A DNA stretch of 64,000 nucleotides from Octopus vulgaris (Eukaryota): contig OX597834.1 in the NCBI GenBank assembly GCA_951406725.2, forward strand, positions 42,966,001 through 43,030,000. Direction: 5' to 3'. Both the position numbers and the translations under genes were made by a program. Below, in pieces: positions 1 through 14,280 of the stretch. The stretch's first letter is position 1. Every line of letters begins with the position of its first letter. The notes beneath the pieces were generated by a model. That model was not told where the DNA came from. It ran no database searches and was given only the letters and a program-made list of their open reading frames with translations.

Positions 1-184
1 CTGCCGTTACGTTGTGAGTTCAAATTCCGCCGAGGTCGACTTTGCCTTTCATCCTTTCGGGGTCGATAAATTAAGTACCAGTTACCCACTGGGGTCGATG
101 TAATCGACTTAATACCTATGTATGTCCATGTTTATCCCCTCTATGTTTAGCCCCTTGTGGGTAATAAAGAAATAGGTATTTCGT
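1..184 (+). mobile_element. SINE family A fragment (runs off window start)
   Basis: gagttcaaattccgccgaggtcgactttgcctttcatcctttcggggtcgataaattaagtaccag; this core recurs more than 10 times in the window; B-box-like GTTCAAAT. Confidence 0.9.
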
Positions 185-1267
185 ATGCGCAATATCCTTA
201 AGATTGCGTAATATGTTATGTAACTCTCAGATCATCAGGCTTACAAATACACGGGTGAGCAGTGAGATGCTAATTAAACAACAGATCATCAACAAGTGAA
301 ACTTCTAGACAGAATCACCAAATGTAAAGTGGGTGCGACTGCAGTCTGTTAATCATGTGGGTGGAGCGCAAAATGAGGTTGTAAATTAAAGAACTGTTTA
401 AGGCATTTTTGTTCTAAAGATGCCATTGAACTTGGCAACCTCGCTCACAAAAGCTGATACATGCAAAATAAGCTTCTATACAGAAGACAGCAGGCACCAA
501 GCTTGATATTTGACTCTCTCCAAATATTTTCTAAGACAGTTGCCGACGTTGTTCTAAGAACAAAAACAAAACAAAAAACAAAAACAAAAAAACCCGAAAA
601 GAACAAAACATCTACTGTGTTATATTGTTTAGTAAATTAAGGAGTGACTTGGTGAAAAAATGCCAGCGTCACTCATTCATTTACCTAATTCATCTTGATT
701 AAAGTGCTTCGATTAATTACTGTACGTCTGATAGAATATTAGCTTTAATTAATGGAGATCCTGGTAAATATAATTTAGGGAAAACAATTTGAGAAAAACT
801 GCAGATTAGCGAAAGTCTTTGGCAAATTTTGGAGGAGAGGGAAGGAAAAAGGGGAAAGAATGAGAAAAGAAATAATAGTGAAAGAGAGATAGCCATAGGT
901 AACTTCGAGCAATCATAACTTATAAATATTTAAGTAGACACAGACTAGGATAGCCAGGATAAATTAAATGTTGAACGTGGTCAGCCTTTTGACAAGTAAA
1001 TAGGAATATAAACAATTAAAATTGCATATTGGATTACTGAAAGTAGTTTAGACAATATTGTGTCAAAATAAAGATATAAATTCAGAAATTAATGTTAGTT
1101 AAATATCGTAATTTAGAGAATCAGTTATTTAGCTGTAGGGACTCTTTGAAAGTCTACAAATAACGGAGAAGGCAAAACAGGACCGATATTCCCGATGAAA
1201 GTAAAACGAAAAACCATGAATTCCAAAGTTTATATCAACCAATATTCTCATAATATTATTTAGAATG

Positions 1268-1500
1268 TGGAGGCGCGTGGCTTAGTGGTTAGGGTGTCAG
1301 CACCATGATTGTGAGATTGTGGTTTCGATACATGGACCTGGCGACGCGATGGGTTCTTGAGCAAAACAATTCATTTCACGTTGCTCCAGTCCTACTGCGT
1401 GGCACCTTGGGCAAGTGTCTTCTACTATAGCCTTGGGCTGACCAAAGCCTTGTGAGTGGATTTGGTAGACGGAAACTGAAAGAAGCCCGTTGTATATATG

Positions 1501-1561
<61 letters not shown>

Positions 1562-1812
1562 TGTGTGTGTATGTGTGTGTGTGTGTGTATGTGTGCATGT
1601 GTATGTTTGTGTGTCTGTGTTTGTCCCCCAACATCGCTTGACAACCGATGCTGGTGTGTCTACGTCCCCGTAACTTAGCGGTTCCTCAAAAGAGACCAAT
1701 AGAATAAGTACTAGGCTTACAAAGAATAAGTCCTGTTGTCAATTTGCTCGATTAATGGCGGTGCTCCAGCATGGCCGCAGTCAAATGACTGAAACAAATA
1801 AAAGAGTAAAAT
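1268..1812 (+). mobile_element. Chimeric tRNA-derived SINE: family D head fused to family B body, internal (TA)n/(TG)n and family B 3' tail
   Basis: A-box tggcttagtgg, B-box-like gtttcgatac; CORE-like gcaccttgggcaagtgtctt; tail ggcggtgctccagcatggccgcagtcaaatgactgaaaca shared with other B copies. Confidence 0.85.
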
Positions 1813-2647
1813 AATGTATCACTTGATTTCTATATATGGCAAGCCGGAATGAACCACTGCTCCGTCTAGCGGACAAGTTTCCAGCATAGGGGATGACAAC
1901 AAACAAGTGAAAACCGTAGGTCTGGTGGTCTCGTCGCGTCAAGATGGTAGGTGTTCACGCCTTTGCTTGCAACATACATCGGATGGAGAATGTATCGAAT
2001 AACCAGCTGGAGGAAATGTCCTCCTGGGGTTAAAAATAGCAGTAACGTAGGTTGCTACAGAGCAGCCATGCTTAAGTGACAGTATACATTACTTCTTAGT
2101 ATAGTTACCGCATTCATCATTTATGGAGATTTTCTAACCAGCTAATTTGCTTGTGAGATAAATAATGAAAGCTATATATGTAAAGATACTAGCGAAAACG
2201 TAAGACACAAAATAGAGATATTACAATTATTACCAAACGATTTTCTCGACATTAATATCTCATAGTATTATGTGTAACTTAAAATTCTTCGGCGAAGGAA
2301 GCTTGGTGCTTTAGCAATAGCGATGTAATTCATAATAGTACCATGTTATTTACATTTATAACCAAAACCAAAAGCAGCTAATAAAGTGGAACAATAAAAA
2401 ATAAGTTTAAAAGACGTATGAGTGAATTGAATATTACGAAGAGTAATATAAGTGAATTAACATTATGAAATATACCTCGACTAGACGTGGCTTACTATTA
2501 AAGTGTACAATATATATTATTTCGGTAATTTATTGATATGCAGATGTTGGTAGTACGAGATTGTTCGATGTCTTAAGGCAGATGTAATAAATATATCTCT
2601 ACAGATAAAATTGTAAGTATACTAGAAACATTATATATATATATATA

Positions 2648-2701
<54 letters not shown>

Positions 2702-3035
2702 AAGTGAATCTATTTGTCAACGTAAATTGGTGGTCCTTATTAGGGCGATTTTACTACCTGTTTTAGGGGCAGGAAAAATATCTTTTTCAGCTGGCTACCG
2801 ACGCACAGCTACGTCCGCATACTTCGAACAAGGAAGGTAATGTCCCCACTTAGCTATAAATGGTACCTACGGACCATAGTTTGTGGGTTATTTCGCTTCA
2901 TCTGTACAGGATAACCGTTGGTTGCAGATGAGAGCATTAGGCCTTGTTTGAGGTACTTTTGAAGTGACACACAAACACTGATCTCATAAAGATGAAAGCA
3001 TTCAGTTTTAAATCTCTGAGCGAAATGATAGTAGT

Positions 3036-3145
<110 letters not shown>

Positions 3146-3147
3146 TA

Positions 3148-3198
<51 letters not shown>

Positions 3199-3216
3199 GT
3201 GTGTGTATGTATATAA

Positions 3217-3321
3217 GCGCAATGACCCGGTGGTTAGGGCAACAGACTCGTAGGATCGCGGTTTCAATTCCCAAACCATGCGTTGTGAGTGTTTATTGAG
3301 CGAAAACACCTAAAGCTTCAC
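3217..3321 (+). mobile_element. SINE family C head fragment
   Basis: matches the 5' part of 34342-34721 (gttgtgagtgtttattgagcgaaaacacctaaagct). Confidence 0.85.
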
Positions 3322-3322
3322 A

Positions 3323-3386
<64 letters not shown>

Positions 3387-3389
<3 letters not shown>

Positions 3390-3549
3390 GACGGGCTTCT
3401 TGCAGTTTCTGTCAACTAAATCCACTCACAAGGCTTTGGTCGGCTCGAAGCTATAGTAGAGGACACCCGTCCAAGGTGCCAATCAGTGGCCCGGACCCCA
3501 CTACCATGTGTTTGGTAAGCAAGCTACTTACCACACAGCCACTCCTACG
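3387..3549 (-). mobile_element. SINE family B 5' half
   Basis: reverse complement of 21878-22030 (gtggctgtgtggtaagtagcttgctt...ccaaagccttgtgagtggattt). Confidence 0.85.
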
Positions 3550-4921
3550 TCTGCACAAGTTATATACTTATGGATGGGTGAGTGAAAAATTATAAACTTT
3601 TTAAGTGAGGACTCGTTAAAAATTTATAACAAAACGAATTATATAGAATTTATAAAAGAACATCGTAAAAGTAACTGAAAGACAACCTCGCCTTTGTTAA
3701 GTATGAGGCCACTCGTTGCAACAATCAGTGTATCCCACGTCCTTGGTGAAACACTCATTCTACATACGCCTGTAATGTACTTAGCTAGGTATTTTAGTAT
3801 TTCCCGTGAGGAGTTCATTTGATAGGGAGAGGAAATCAAGACTCAAAGCTACGTGGATCGTTAATGTATAACAACTCTTAGATCCACTCGGAAATTTGTG
3901 CTAATAGTTTCTCCTTGTTATGCAGTTTGAAATCTGGTCCAATTTCCGTACCAACCTCTGTTTGTAAAGTGCTGGTCGATTTCATTTAGTTGTCTTACGA
4001 GATTATTGCTAACCTTTCAAAGGTATGCGAACTACTTTTTATCAAGAGCATTAAGATTTCCTCCTTGCGTGAAATGGATTCCCTTCGTAGGATGTAAATT
4101 CTTCCTCTCCGAAAAGCATTACCTTTTCACGCGTGACCTACTCCTCTTAACGTTTGATATTATATAACAATCTTTTATTTTGTTTCTTAGTTTTCGTCTG
4201 AAATTGTCATAATTCTCATGAGTTTTCAGTCCTAAATCTATAATTCCAATTTTAAATATTTTAAACAAAACAAGTTGATTTGCTTTCAATGTACTCAAAA
4301 TCAGGAAACTTAACCCTAATATTCTTAGAATAGATGGTTAGGAGTCGAAATTACAAGAGAATTAATAGGATAATTTGTCTGAGAAAAAACGAGAGATGAA
4401 TTATATTTTAGGTCAACATCGTCTTGTAATAAAATTCTCAACTGCTTTAATTCTCTAGCAACACTCAATTTTATTTGATAGGTTGTGTATAGGAAGTTAA
4501 TTAGTACAGGATTCAAAGCTGCAAGTAATGTCAAAGCTTTACTCTCACGGCGGCTAAGAATCCCAAACGTTTATATTTGTTTCGCTTGTCCAGTAAAGTA
4601 TGTCGTTGCTGTTTCAGTTAAGAAATAATTAAACAAAGGATTTTCTTCTAAAATATGATGCGAGATTGAATTGATGATAAAATTGTTTTTATTGTAATTA
4701 CTTCATGCATAGTTTCATTACTTGAGTACAGCAACACAATTTGCTGTACTCAAATGATAATTGTATGACCTAAAGATTTATTGGACAGAATTGTTATCAA
4801 TAATGAGACGAAGAAAGCTTTTGACAGAACATTTAGTTGGTTGCTCGAATAAAACGAAATGTAACTAAATGGTTTAAATTAAACAGGTGTATAATTTTAA
4901 CGCTTGAGGAGGTGAGAAAGT

Positions 4922-4957
4922 ATTTTACGTTTCGAGCCTACGCTCTTCAACAGAAAA
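4922..4957 (-). ncRNA. Degenerate minimal hammerhead ribozyme motif (Penelope-like LTR type)
   Basis: minus strand reads tttt-CTGTTGA-a-gagc-gtag-gctc-GAAACGTA-aaat; core A6 is replaced by T. Confidence 0.55.
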
Positions 4958-5044
4958 GAACACGAAGAAATATGCAGAGAGAGAATAAAAAGAAAGAGAA
5001 TAAAAAAAGCTTTAGGGGCCAGGGGGTCACTAATATATGTGTAC

Positions 5045-5290
5045 GTGTGTGTGTGTGTGTGTTTGTCCCCATTCTCGCCACTGCTTGACAACCGGTACCG
5101 ATATATTAACGCCTCCGTTACTTAGCAGTTCCGCAAAAGGGTCCGATAGAATATGAATAGGGTTAAAAAATATATAAAAATTTTTTTAAAGTATTGTGGT
5201 CGATAATTCCGACTAAAATTTCTTTCAGGCGGTGCTGCGACATGGCCGCAAACCAATGAGTGAAACAAGTAAAAGATAGAATATAAAAGG
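5045..5290 (+). mobile_element. SINE family B 3' half, diverged
   Basis: gtttgtcccc...gcttgacaaccg...catggccgca...gaaacaagtaaaaga. Confidence 0.8.
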
Positions 5291-5552
5291 CAAGAATATG
5301 AATTACGTGGTACGGCTTCACATTGAACGAATATTCACACGTAGTGAGCAACTTTCAGCCAGAAACTCTTCGTAGATATAATGCCTTTGTAAGTGTTTCT
5401 TAAGGAAAAAGTGAATCCGTTGGCCAAGCTGAGATCGTAAAGATCGGAAAGAGAACAGAAACCGTAGTATGGGAAATATAATGCATCCATGCAGGTTTTC
5501 TATATTTCAATTCTCTAAAACACATACTGGAGATAGTGACGCATTTCTAGAG

Positions 5553-5589
5553 GCATATGTATGTGTGCGTATGCGCAGGCGTGTATGTA

Positions 5590-5639
<50 letters not shown>

Positions 5640-5653
5640 TATGCATATGTACA

Positions 5654-5691
<38 letters not shown>

Positions 5692-5821
5692 TATATACAT
5701 ATATATATGTATATATATATACCTATATATACTTATATATATATATATGGATATATATACATATATATGTATGTATATATATACAAATATATATGTAAAT
5801 GTATATATATATATATATATA

Positions 5822-5861
<40 letters not shown>

Positions 5862-6045
5862 GGATATAAATATATTCACAGAGACACATATGTATATGTG
5901 TATATCATATTCGAATGTATATATACTTATATGTATACATACATCTGCGTCTAAGTGTATAAGTGTGTGTGTTTATGTCTGCGTATGTGTGCGTGTGTAT
6001 GTGTATGTGTGTGTGTGTATATATGTGTGTGTGTGCGTGTGTGTC
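5553..6045. repeat. Compound (TG)n/(TA)n microsatellite
   Basis: directly visible. Confidence 0.95.
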
Positions 6046-6364
6046 TTGTATTAGTATATTTCAATAGACATTTGGAGTAGATTTTTTTTTTATGTTGCGA
6101 GAATACAACCGAACAGAACAGATAACAACAACAGCAAAGCGAAAAGACAACAAACCTACTACCGCTGCGGAAGATAACATTTAATGCTTAGCTATACAAG
6201 CATAACTATGTACAATGATAAGAAGTGTTTATTCTTGCGACAGAGGTTTTACGCCATGGGCGAGAAGAATAAAGACAAATATATTACATTACAGGCTAGT
6301 TGTTCTAGATTAGACAGCATGGAAATAGTGTGCCTTCCTGCATTCTACCATACATGTGTTTGTA

Positions 6365-6433
<69 letters not shown>

Positions 6434-6542
6434 GCGTTATATTATATTTAATTTTATATCTATTATCATTGCTAATTCTTACCTTACGGCTGTTTTGCAG
6501 CGTTTGCTATTATTTCCGTTTGATTACGGTTATTTATTTGTC

Positions 6543-6543
<1 letters not shown>

Positions 6544-6627
<84 letters not shown>

Positions 6628-6694
6628 CATTATTATTATTATTATTATTGTTATTGTTATTATTGTTATTATTATTATTATTATTACTATTTTT

Positions 6695-6750
<56 letters not shown>

Positions 6751-7061
6751 CATCATTATTATTTATTCTCTACGACTGAAAACATTAACACAAGCTATAA
6801 CAATTACAGATATTATGAAAAGAAGAGTTTTGCAAACTATCTTAAATAACGAACGAGATTTATTTTTTTATTATTATTTTTTTTGTATATTTCGTGAATT
6901 TCTGAGGTTTCTCTATCATTTTATAATATTTTTCTGTTATTTATCCATCTATATGCAATGACCAAAGTCTCATTCTTTATGCCACTAAAACCCACGTAAT
7001 CTTCAAATGCACAGTTAAACCTACATCATCATCATCATCATCATCATCACTCATCATCGTC

Positions 7062-7131
<70 letters not shown>

Positions 7132-7299
7132 TTATTATTATTATTATCATCATCATCATCATCATCATAATCATCATCATCATCATCATCATCATTATTA
7201 TTATTATTATTATTATCGTCATCATCATCATCATCATCATTATTAGTTATCATTATTATTGTTATTATGAATATTATTTGTAGTTGCTGTTGCTGGTTT

Positions 7300-7357
<58 letters not shown>

Positions 7358-7410
7358 GTTATCATTGTTGTTGTTGCTGTTATTAATATTATTGTTGCTG
7401 TTACCATTAT
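6544..7410. repeat. Two compound trinucleotide blocks: (TAT)n, (CAT)n, (CTA)n, (TTG)n
   Basis: directly visible at 6544-6763 and 7024-7410. Confidence 0.95.
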
Positions 7411-7671
7411 TGTATAGCTCTCAATATATTTTCGGAATATTTTTTTCTACCGACCTACTTATCGAAGCTCAATATATAATGCCATTGTGAAGAATATAAA
7501 GGTATTAAACAGTCGTTATCCTAATAAAAATCATTCTGTTCCATTTGGAGAATCGCTGTATGACGATAAACATGGACATATAAGCACACGCGTGCGCATG
7601 TATGCATAAGACGACATACATATTCCACCTACATATCTATCTATCTCTATCTTTCTCTCTCTCTCTTTTTC

Positions 7672-7727
<56 letters not shown>

Positions 7728-7728
<1 letters not shown>

Positions 7729-7960
7729 TAGCAGCTAAGCCCAGTTTCACCCGGTCTGTTTGGATGATGTGGCTGTGATCGTTTTCGGTTGGGCATAATC
7801 TATAACAGCGTTTCTCAACCTTTCGATTGGAGCCTCCAGCTGTATGAAAATTTCCTGACTCCCCCCCGTGTAAGAAAACAGCTTCAGGAGTTGTGAAGAA
7901 CGAATTTGTACGTAGTCTGTTTCTGATAGCTATTCTATTGGACCTTTGTGTATTCATTAA
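7728..7960 (-). mobile_element. Probable non-autonomous Helitron 3' end (5' extent unknown)
   Basis: minus strand reads gaccgggtgaaactgggcttagctgCTAG then T; short GC hairpin about 10 nt before a terminal CTAG, abutting (TA)n. Confidence 0.5.
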
Positions 7961-9183
7961 AACATTGATTTAATTATGGACATAGAAAGAAATTATACAT
8001 TAATCCCTGTTTTTGTAAGCAGCTCTACCCGTAAAAAGTTTATTTGCAGAGAGCAGAAATTGAAAGAAGATTTATGAAATGGACGTGTGTGTGTGTGTGT
8101 GTGTGTGTGCGTGTGCGTGTGCGTGCTTGCGCGTATGTATGTGAGAGAGAAAGAAGGTAAGAAAGAGAGATAGAGTGAGTGAGTGAAGGTGTGCGTTGTG
8201 ATGATTGACGTCTTTTAAGATACACACACATACACACTAACAAATATATATAAGTCGTATGACATACAATAATTGTTCTATATTGAAAAAAATATTAAAA
8301 AGACAGAATATATACTGAGGAAGTTGCATCATATATAATTCTGTGTATATAACTACTCATTACGTTCATGTGTATAGAAAAACTTATTCTTTCTGTTTCA
8401 ATTTCGATGACTCAACTTCCACCATTTCCAACAGGACTAAGGCGCGCCACATAAACACATATACCTAAATTGATGCTTGTTTCTATGTTATAACAGAAAC
8501 AATCGTACCTGATGCTCTACATCTAGTAGAGAACAAATTTACTAATGTTTAACAAGAATATCATAAATGCTGAGTTTAATGTTTCGAACAGCCAAGCCAT
8601 TATCGCGTTATGGTACGATTGACTTTATGTTTTCTTTATAGAATCTCTATAAAGCTAGAATTTTCGAGAGTAAGTAGAACTCTATTGAAAGACAACGAAG
8701 TTGGAAGGAATCTGGTAATAGGGAGATGTAGAAAATTTGTGTTCAGAATCTTTGTTATACTTTATAATCAAGCATGTCTATTTATGTGTGCCATCCTTAG
8801 GTCAAGCGGTTGATAATATCGATGAGTATAAGGAGTATAATAACCAGCAGATGCGTCACTATGTTTCGTTGCTGCTGGTGTTGTTTGGTTACTAATGGGA
8901 TATTTAATTCCTCGTTTTGTGGGTGTTGAGTTGAGTTTGGAGCTAAGAGTTCAATACAGCACTTAATGCTTAGTCATCAGGCGTACTTATTTAGAGAATG
9001 AATTGTTAGGAAAAGGAGATTTTAAGGGTTCACAAGTACTGTAAGTAGGGAGTACGTCTTATTTGGATAGCACACTGCTTCGTTGTTGGTGTTATGATAT
9101 GTCACCTATTTGTACTGAGAAGGTAGAGGTTGTCAGTTAAGCATGATGATCTTTCTATGGATATTTGGTTATATCCTCTAAAG

Positions 9184-9250
9184 CAATGTTTCTCAACATT
9201 TTTATCCTTGTGTAACCCTTAAAGAAATTACATGTCTCAAGGAACCCCTA
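9184..9250 (+). mobile_element. Possible hAT/Charlie-like MITE end
   Basis: caatgtttctcaacattttt...ggaacccct resembles CAGTGTTTCTCAACCT termini; similar motif at 7806 (cagcgtttctcaacctt). Confidence 0.35.
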
Positions 9251-9326
9251 TACAAAATAATTATATACAATATGAGAAACATATTTTATTCTTCATAGTT
9301 CACGTTGTAAATATCTTATAAGTTTA

Positions 9327-9380
<54 letters not shown>

Positions 9381-9390
9381 GTATATATAC

Positions 9391-9456
<66 letters not shown>

Positions 9457-9669
9457 ATGTGTGTGTGTGTATGCAAAGCACGCTAACGCGGACATATATA
9501 GACTTATATTCATACATCATACATATATTCATATCTAACAATCTATCTGCCTGTCTCTCTCTTCTTTTTCCCCCATTTCTCTATCTGTCTGTCTGTCTGT
9601 CTGTCTGTGTGTGTGTCTCCCTTTATATATGCATATATAATCTATAATTCTGTTAACATTTTTTTCCAG

Positions 9670-9735
9670 GGGAAGGAGTGCATTGTAACACATGCATACC
9701 GTGATTGCCTGCAGTATTGTGTTAAGTGCTGCAGT
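9670..9735 (+). CDS. Candidate 66-nt Cys-rich micro-exon (GKECIVTHAYRDCLQYCVKCCS)
   Basis: ttttttttccAG-type acceptor, GTAAGT donor, length divisible by 3, one open frame while the other two have stops; partner exons not found. Confidence 0.35.
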
Positions 9736-10597
9736 GTAAGTGAAGAGCTAAAAGAATATACTTGATTGATTGTAGACTTTAATTGCCGATTTGTTAAAGA
9801 AAAGAATTAGAAAGAGCGGTGTTAATTATTGGTAAAACTTACAAACTGTTCACAATACGATTAAGCTAATTTCCGCTCACGCAACCATATTGAGTACTTG
9901 CTAGCAGCTGCTGAATCGTCATAAACAGAGAAATAAATAGATTGGCAGAGAGATAGGTATACAGATGCATGTATAGTTAGTTTGTTAGATAGGTAGGTAG
10001 ATAAATAGATAAATATATATATATATATTTATATATATATATATATAGAGAGAAAGATAGAGATAGATAGATAGATAGATAGATAGATACAGAAACAGAC
10101 TGAGATATAGCTACATACACAAATACATAAAGAGAGCTTAGACAGAGGGATAGGTAGATGCATGCATACATGTATACATACGTATATACATACGTACATA
10201 CGTATATACATACGCAGATGTATAGATAAACTGGCAGGCGGTGTAAATATATGTGCGCTGGTAATTGTGAAATCTTGTGTAACCGTGTATCTGTATGTGT
10301 TTTCGTATCTTTAGGTATACACATATATTTTATATGCATAGAAGGCGAAGAATTTTAATTCTTATGCATATATGTATGCGTTTATGTATGTATGTATGTA
10401 TGTTGTTAGGTAGGCAAGTAGTCTGATATATACGTACGTAATCAATTAGATACGTGTATATATATATATGTATGTATATATATATATAGCATATACATGT
10501 ATTTAATTAGCTACATATATACATATGATCTATATATATTTGTTTACACTATATGCATGTATAAATATATACATACATTTATATATATATATACACA

Positions 10598-10641
<44 letters not shown>

Positions 10642-10857
10642 ATATATATGTATTCAATTAGTTACATTGATATATGAAATATATACATATATATATGCAT
10701 ATATGTATATACATTTATATATATATACATATATATATATGTATCGATATGTATGTGTGTGTGTCTGTGTGAATGAATATATGCATACATACATATATAT
10801 ATAAATACACACATGTTAATGCGTATATGTAATTCAGCTGATACTTATACATATATA

Positions 10858-10904
10858 CAGATAGGTAGACAGACAGATAGATAGTTGGATGGATAGATAG
10901 ATAA

Positions 10905-10973
<69 letters not shown>

Positions 10974-11132
10974 CAGATAGACAGATTTATAAATAGATAG
11001 ATAGCTAGATAGATAACTATTTAAAGATAGACAAACAGATAGATAGAAAGAAAGAAAGAAAGAAAGAAAGGAAGATAGATAGATAGATAGATAGATAGAC
11101 AGATAGATAGATAGACAGATAGATAGATAGAC

Positions 11133-11210
<78 letters not shown>

Positions 11211-11222
11211 ATAGTTAGATAG
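10858..11222. repeat. (GATA)n/(GACA)n/(GAAA)n tetranucleotide array
   Basis: directly visible. Confidence 0.95.
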
Positions 11223-12494
11223 ATATTCAGGCAGCTAGACAGAGAGAGCGAGACAGGCAGACAGAAACTTGTTTTCAAGGTGAGTGAAAGGGTAAGACTG
11301 TTACAAGGAAAAATTCGAATTATTAAGAGGTTGAGAATCAATCAACAGAAGATACGGAATTGAATTAATAGAAAACTTAGAATGGAGAGGAGTGAGGTTA
11401 TGGAGGAGGAAAAGAAACGAAAGTAAATATAGCGAAAGGAGAAAAAGAAAGAAATGAATGAGGATAAGAAGAGGAGAAAGATGTGATGTATGTGATGATT
11501 AAATGATGTTATAAAAGATGCGTGATTTAGTGTTTTAAACGTTAGTATCAGTCGAAATTAGTTATTGATTTTTAAGAGTTTCCTTTTGATAATTGAATCG
11601 ACTGTATAAAGAAGACGATGATAGTAAGACTGTAGTAAAAAGGAAGGAGAGTTGAGGTAAGAGGTAGGAAATGTGTAGTCGGTTGGAGAGAGATAGTAAA
11701 GATAGAGCGGAGATTTAGAGAGGTTGTCAATTGATAGTGAGAGATAGAAAGGTGGAGTAAGAGGGAGGAGTGTGTGAAGAGGTAGGAAAATCTGTAAGGA
11801 ATAATAAGTGGTGGTAATAGGTAGTAAATTTGTTGGAGGATGATAAGGTTGAGAAAATGGTTGAAGGAATTGATAAGAGGTGAAAGAAAAAATTGGTAAG
11901 ACTTAGGGTAAGATGGTTGAGAGAAGAAAGAAATTGAAACAGGTTGTGTGAGGTAGAAAGGTATATACATGGTGTTTGAGGGTTATAGAAAAGGTTTAAG
12001 GTGTTGATAGCAGGAAAGAGACAGGAAAGGGTTTGTACGATTTAAGACAGTGTAGAAACTGGTATTTAGAGATACTGGGGTCTATTGAGATATTTAGGAA
12101 TAGAATATATCCGTGACATTAATTAATTGGTGGGGAAATAGAGCTAGCATTAGTAAGTACTGATAAAGCAATAGAAAGAGAGAAGAAGAGAGAGGAAGAG
12201 AGGGATAAAGAGAGAGAGAGAAGAAGAGAGAGAAAAGGAGGGATAAAAACAGAGGGAGAGTAAGGTTCACAAAGGAGTAAAATGGAGCAAAATGCGATTT
12301 ACAATGATACGGTAAAAGTGTAAATGATGCCAAGTGGCAATGGGTGGAAGGGAGAGGTGAGGAGAAACTCGAGTGAATAAATTTATAGTGAAAGGCTGTA
12401 AGACTTAGGAAAAACTTACTGTTAGGTTGTCCGGAAAGTTTGTGCCGATTTTTAAAGGAAAGAAAAAGGGTCAATAAATACTTGCCAGTACATT

Positions 12495-12875
12495 TTTAAT
12501 CAACCAAATATGAACCATTTTGTTGCATCTTTCCTTTAACTTGAAAATACTCTCTTCCCAGAATTGAGGTGGTTTCATGGCAAAGAATTCATTAAGGTAT
12601 TGAATTTTTTACCATTAAGGCTATTCTGCAGAGACCTGAATAAGTGGAAATCCAAAAGAGCAATATCTGGTGAATATGGAGGGTGGGGTAACACATCCCA
12701 GTCGAGCTGCAGCAATTTTTGTCTGGTTCTCAAAGCATCAAGTGCCAAAAATGAACTTTCTTATCTTCCATTTTAAAGGGTTACAGAATTAACACAGGTT
12801 ATAGGAACATAAACCTTCTTCTACGAAAAGATAGCTTGAACTGTGCTCTAAATTGACGTGTAGTCAAATCCTATA
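12495..12875 (-). mobile_element. Internally deleted mariner remnant
   Basis: minus-strand ATG at 12771 (MEDKKVHF) followed within about 50 bp by the C-terminal KLLQLDWDVLPHPPYSPDIALLDFHLFRSLQNSLNGKKF (YSPD motif). Confidence 0.85.
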
Positions 12876-13004
12876 TTATGGACTCAACTATGTTCTAAAA
12901 TAAGTCGAAATGTAAGCTACTATAAATCGGCACGAACTCTCCGGACAACCTAATAGAATGTTTCATGTAAGACAACGTACTGCAACGGCTGCAAATTATC
13001 AATA

Positions 13005-13204
13005 CTGGTTTCAAAATTTGACACAAGAGCAGCAGTTCCTGGAAAAGTGGGAGGTCGATTACATCGACCTTAGTGCTCAACTGGTACCTTTATTATCGAC
13101 TGTGAAATGATGAAAGATAAAATCGCTCTCAACGGCATTTGAACTCAGAAGGTAAAGGCGGACGAAATGCCGCTAAGCTAACGATTCTGTCATGTCGCCG
13201 CCTT
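13005..13204 (-). mobile_element. SINE family A, diverged
   Basis: reverse-complement similarity to the family A core. Confidence 0.8.
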
Positions 13205-13728
13205 ACAAGATATCTATATTAAGAAGTAGGTGATGGAAGTAAGCTAAGGAAACGAACTTCAATGATACCAGCAGTAATATGTACACACCACCAAATTTAA
13301 ACAATATCACATTTAGCACCGCCAATACACTCTAAGCCTCTTTGATGAAAAACCCCGCCATTATAAAGATAAATTAGTTAATCGAAAGTGAAATACATTG
13401 GTGGTTGGGCAACAGACACGACGAGATTGTTTTCATTACGGCTAAAAACGTAACACAAGAACATGAGTAAAAGCCATTGCAATACATATATAAAACAAAC
13501 CTACAAGAGTTGAAAACCTTCACTTATCTAATAGTGCATTTCTTATAAACTACACTCATATACGGGCTTTCGCATAGTTTAGAAATCTGAAACGGTTTTG
13601 TAATCGCCGGCTACATTCTTGCGTAAAACTACTGCTTGACCCAAACTAAGACACGTGTTAATCCCTGCATTACTCCCTGCTAATATATATACATACATAT
13701 ATATACAGACATGTACGGTGGTGGGGCG

Positions 13729-14280
<552 letters not shown>

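Noticed and set aside
180-545. Minus-strand CTGATGA (also near 8980) and a possible GIY-YIG-like relic
   Set aside because: No properly placed stem II plus GAAA, and the protein similarity needs assumed frameshifts.
2791-2836. 46-nt segment with ttttcAG and GTAATG boundaries
   Set aside because: All frames are open, the peptide is unrecognisable and such sites arise by chance; needs RNA-seq.
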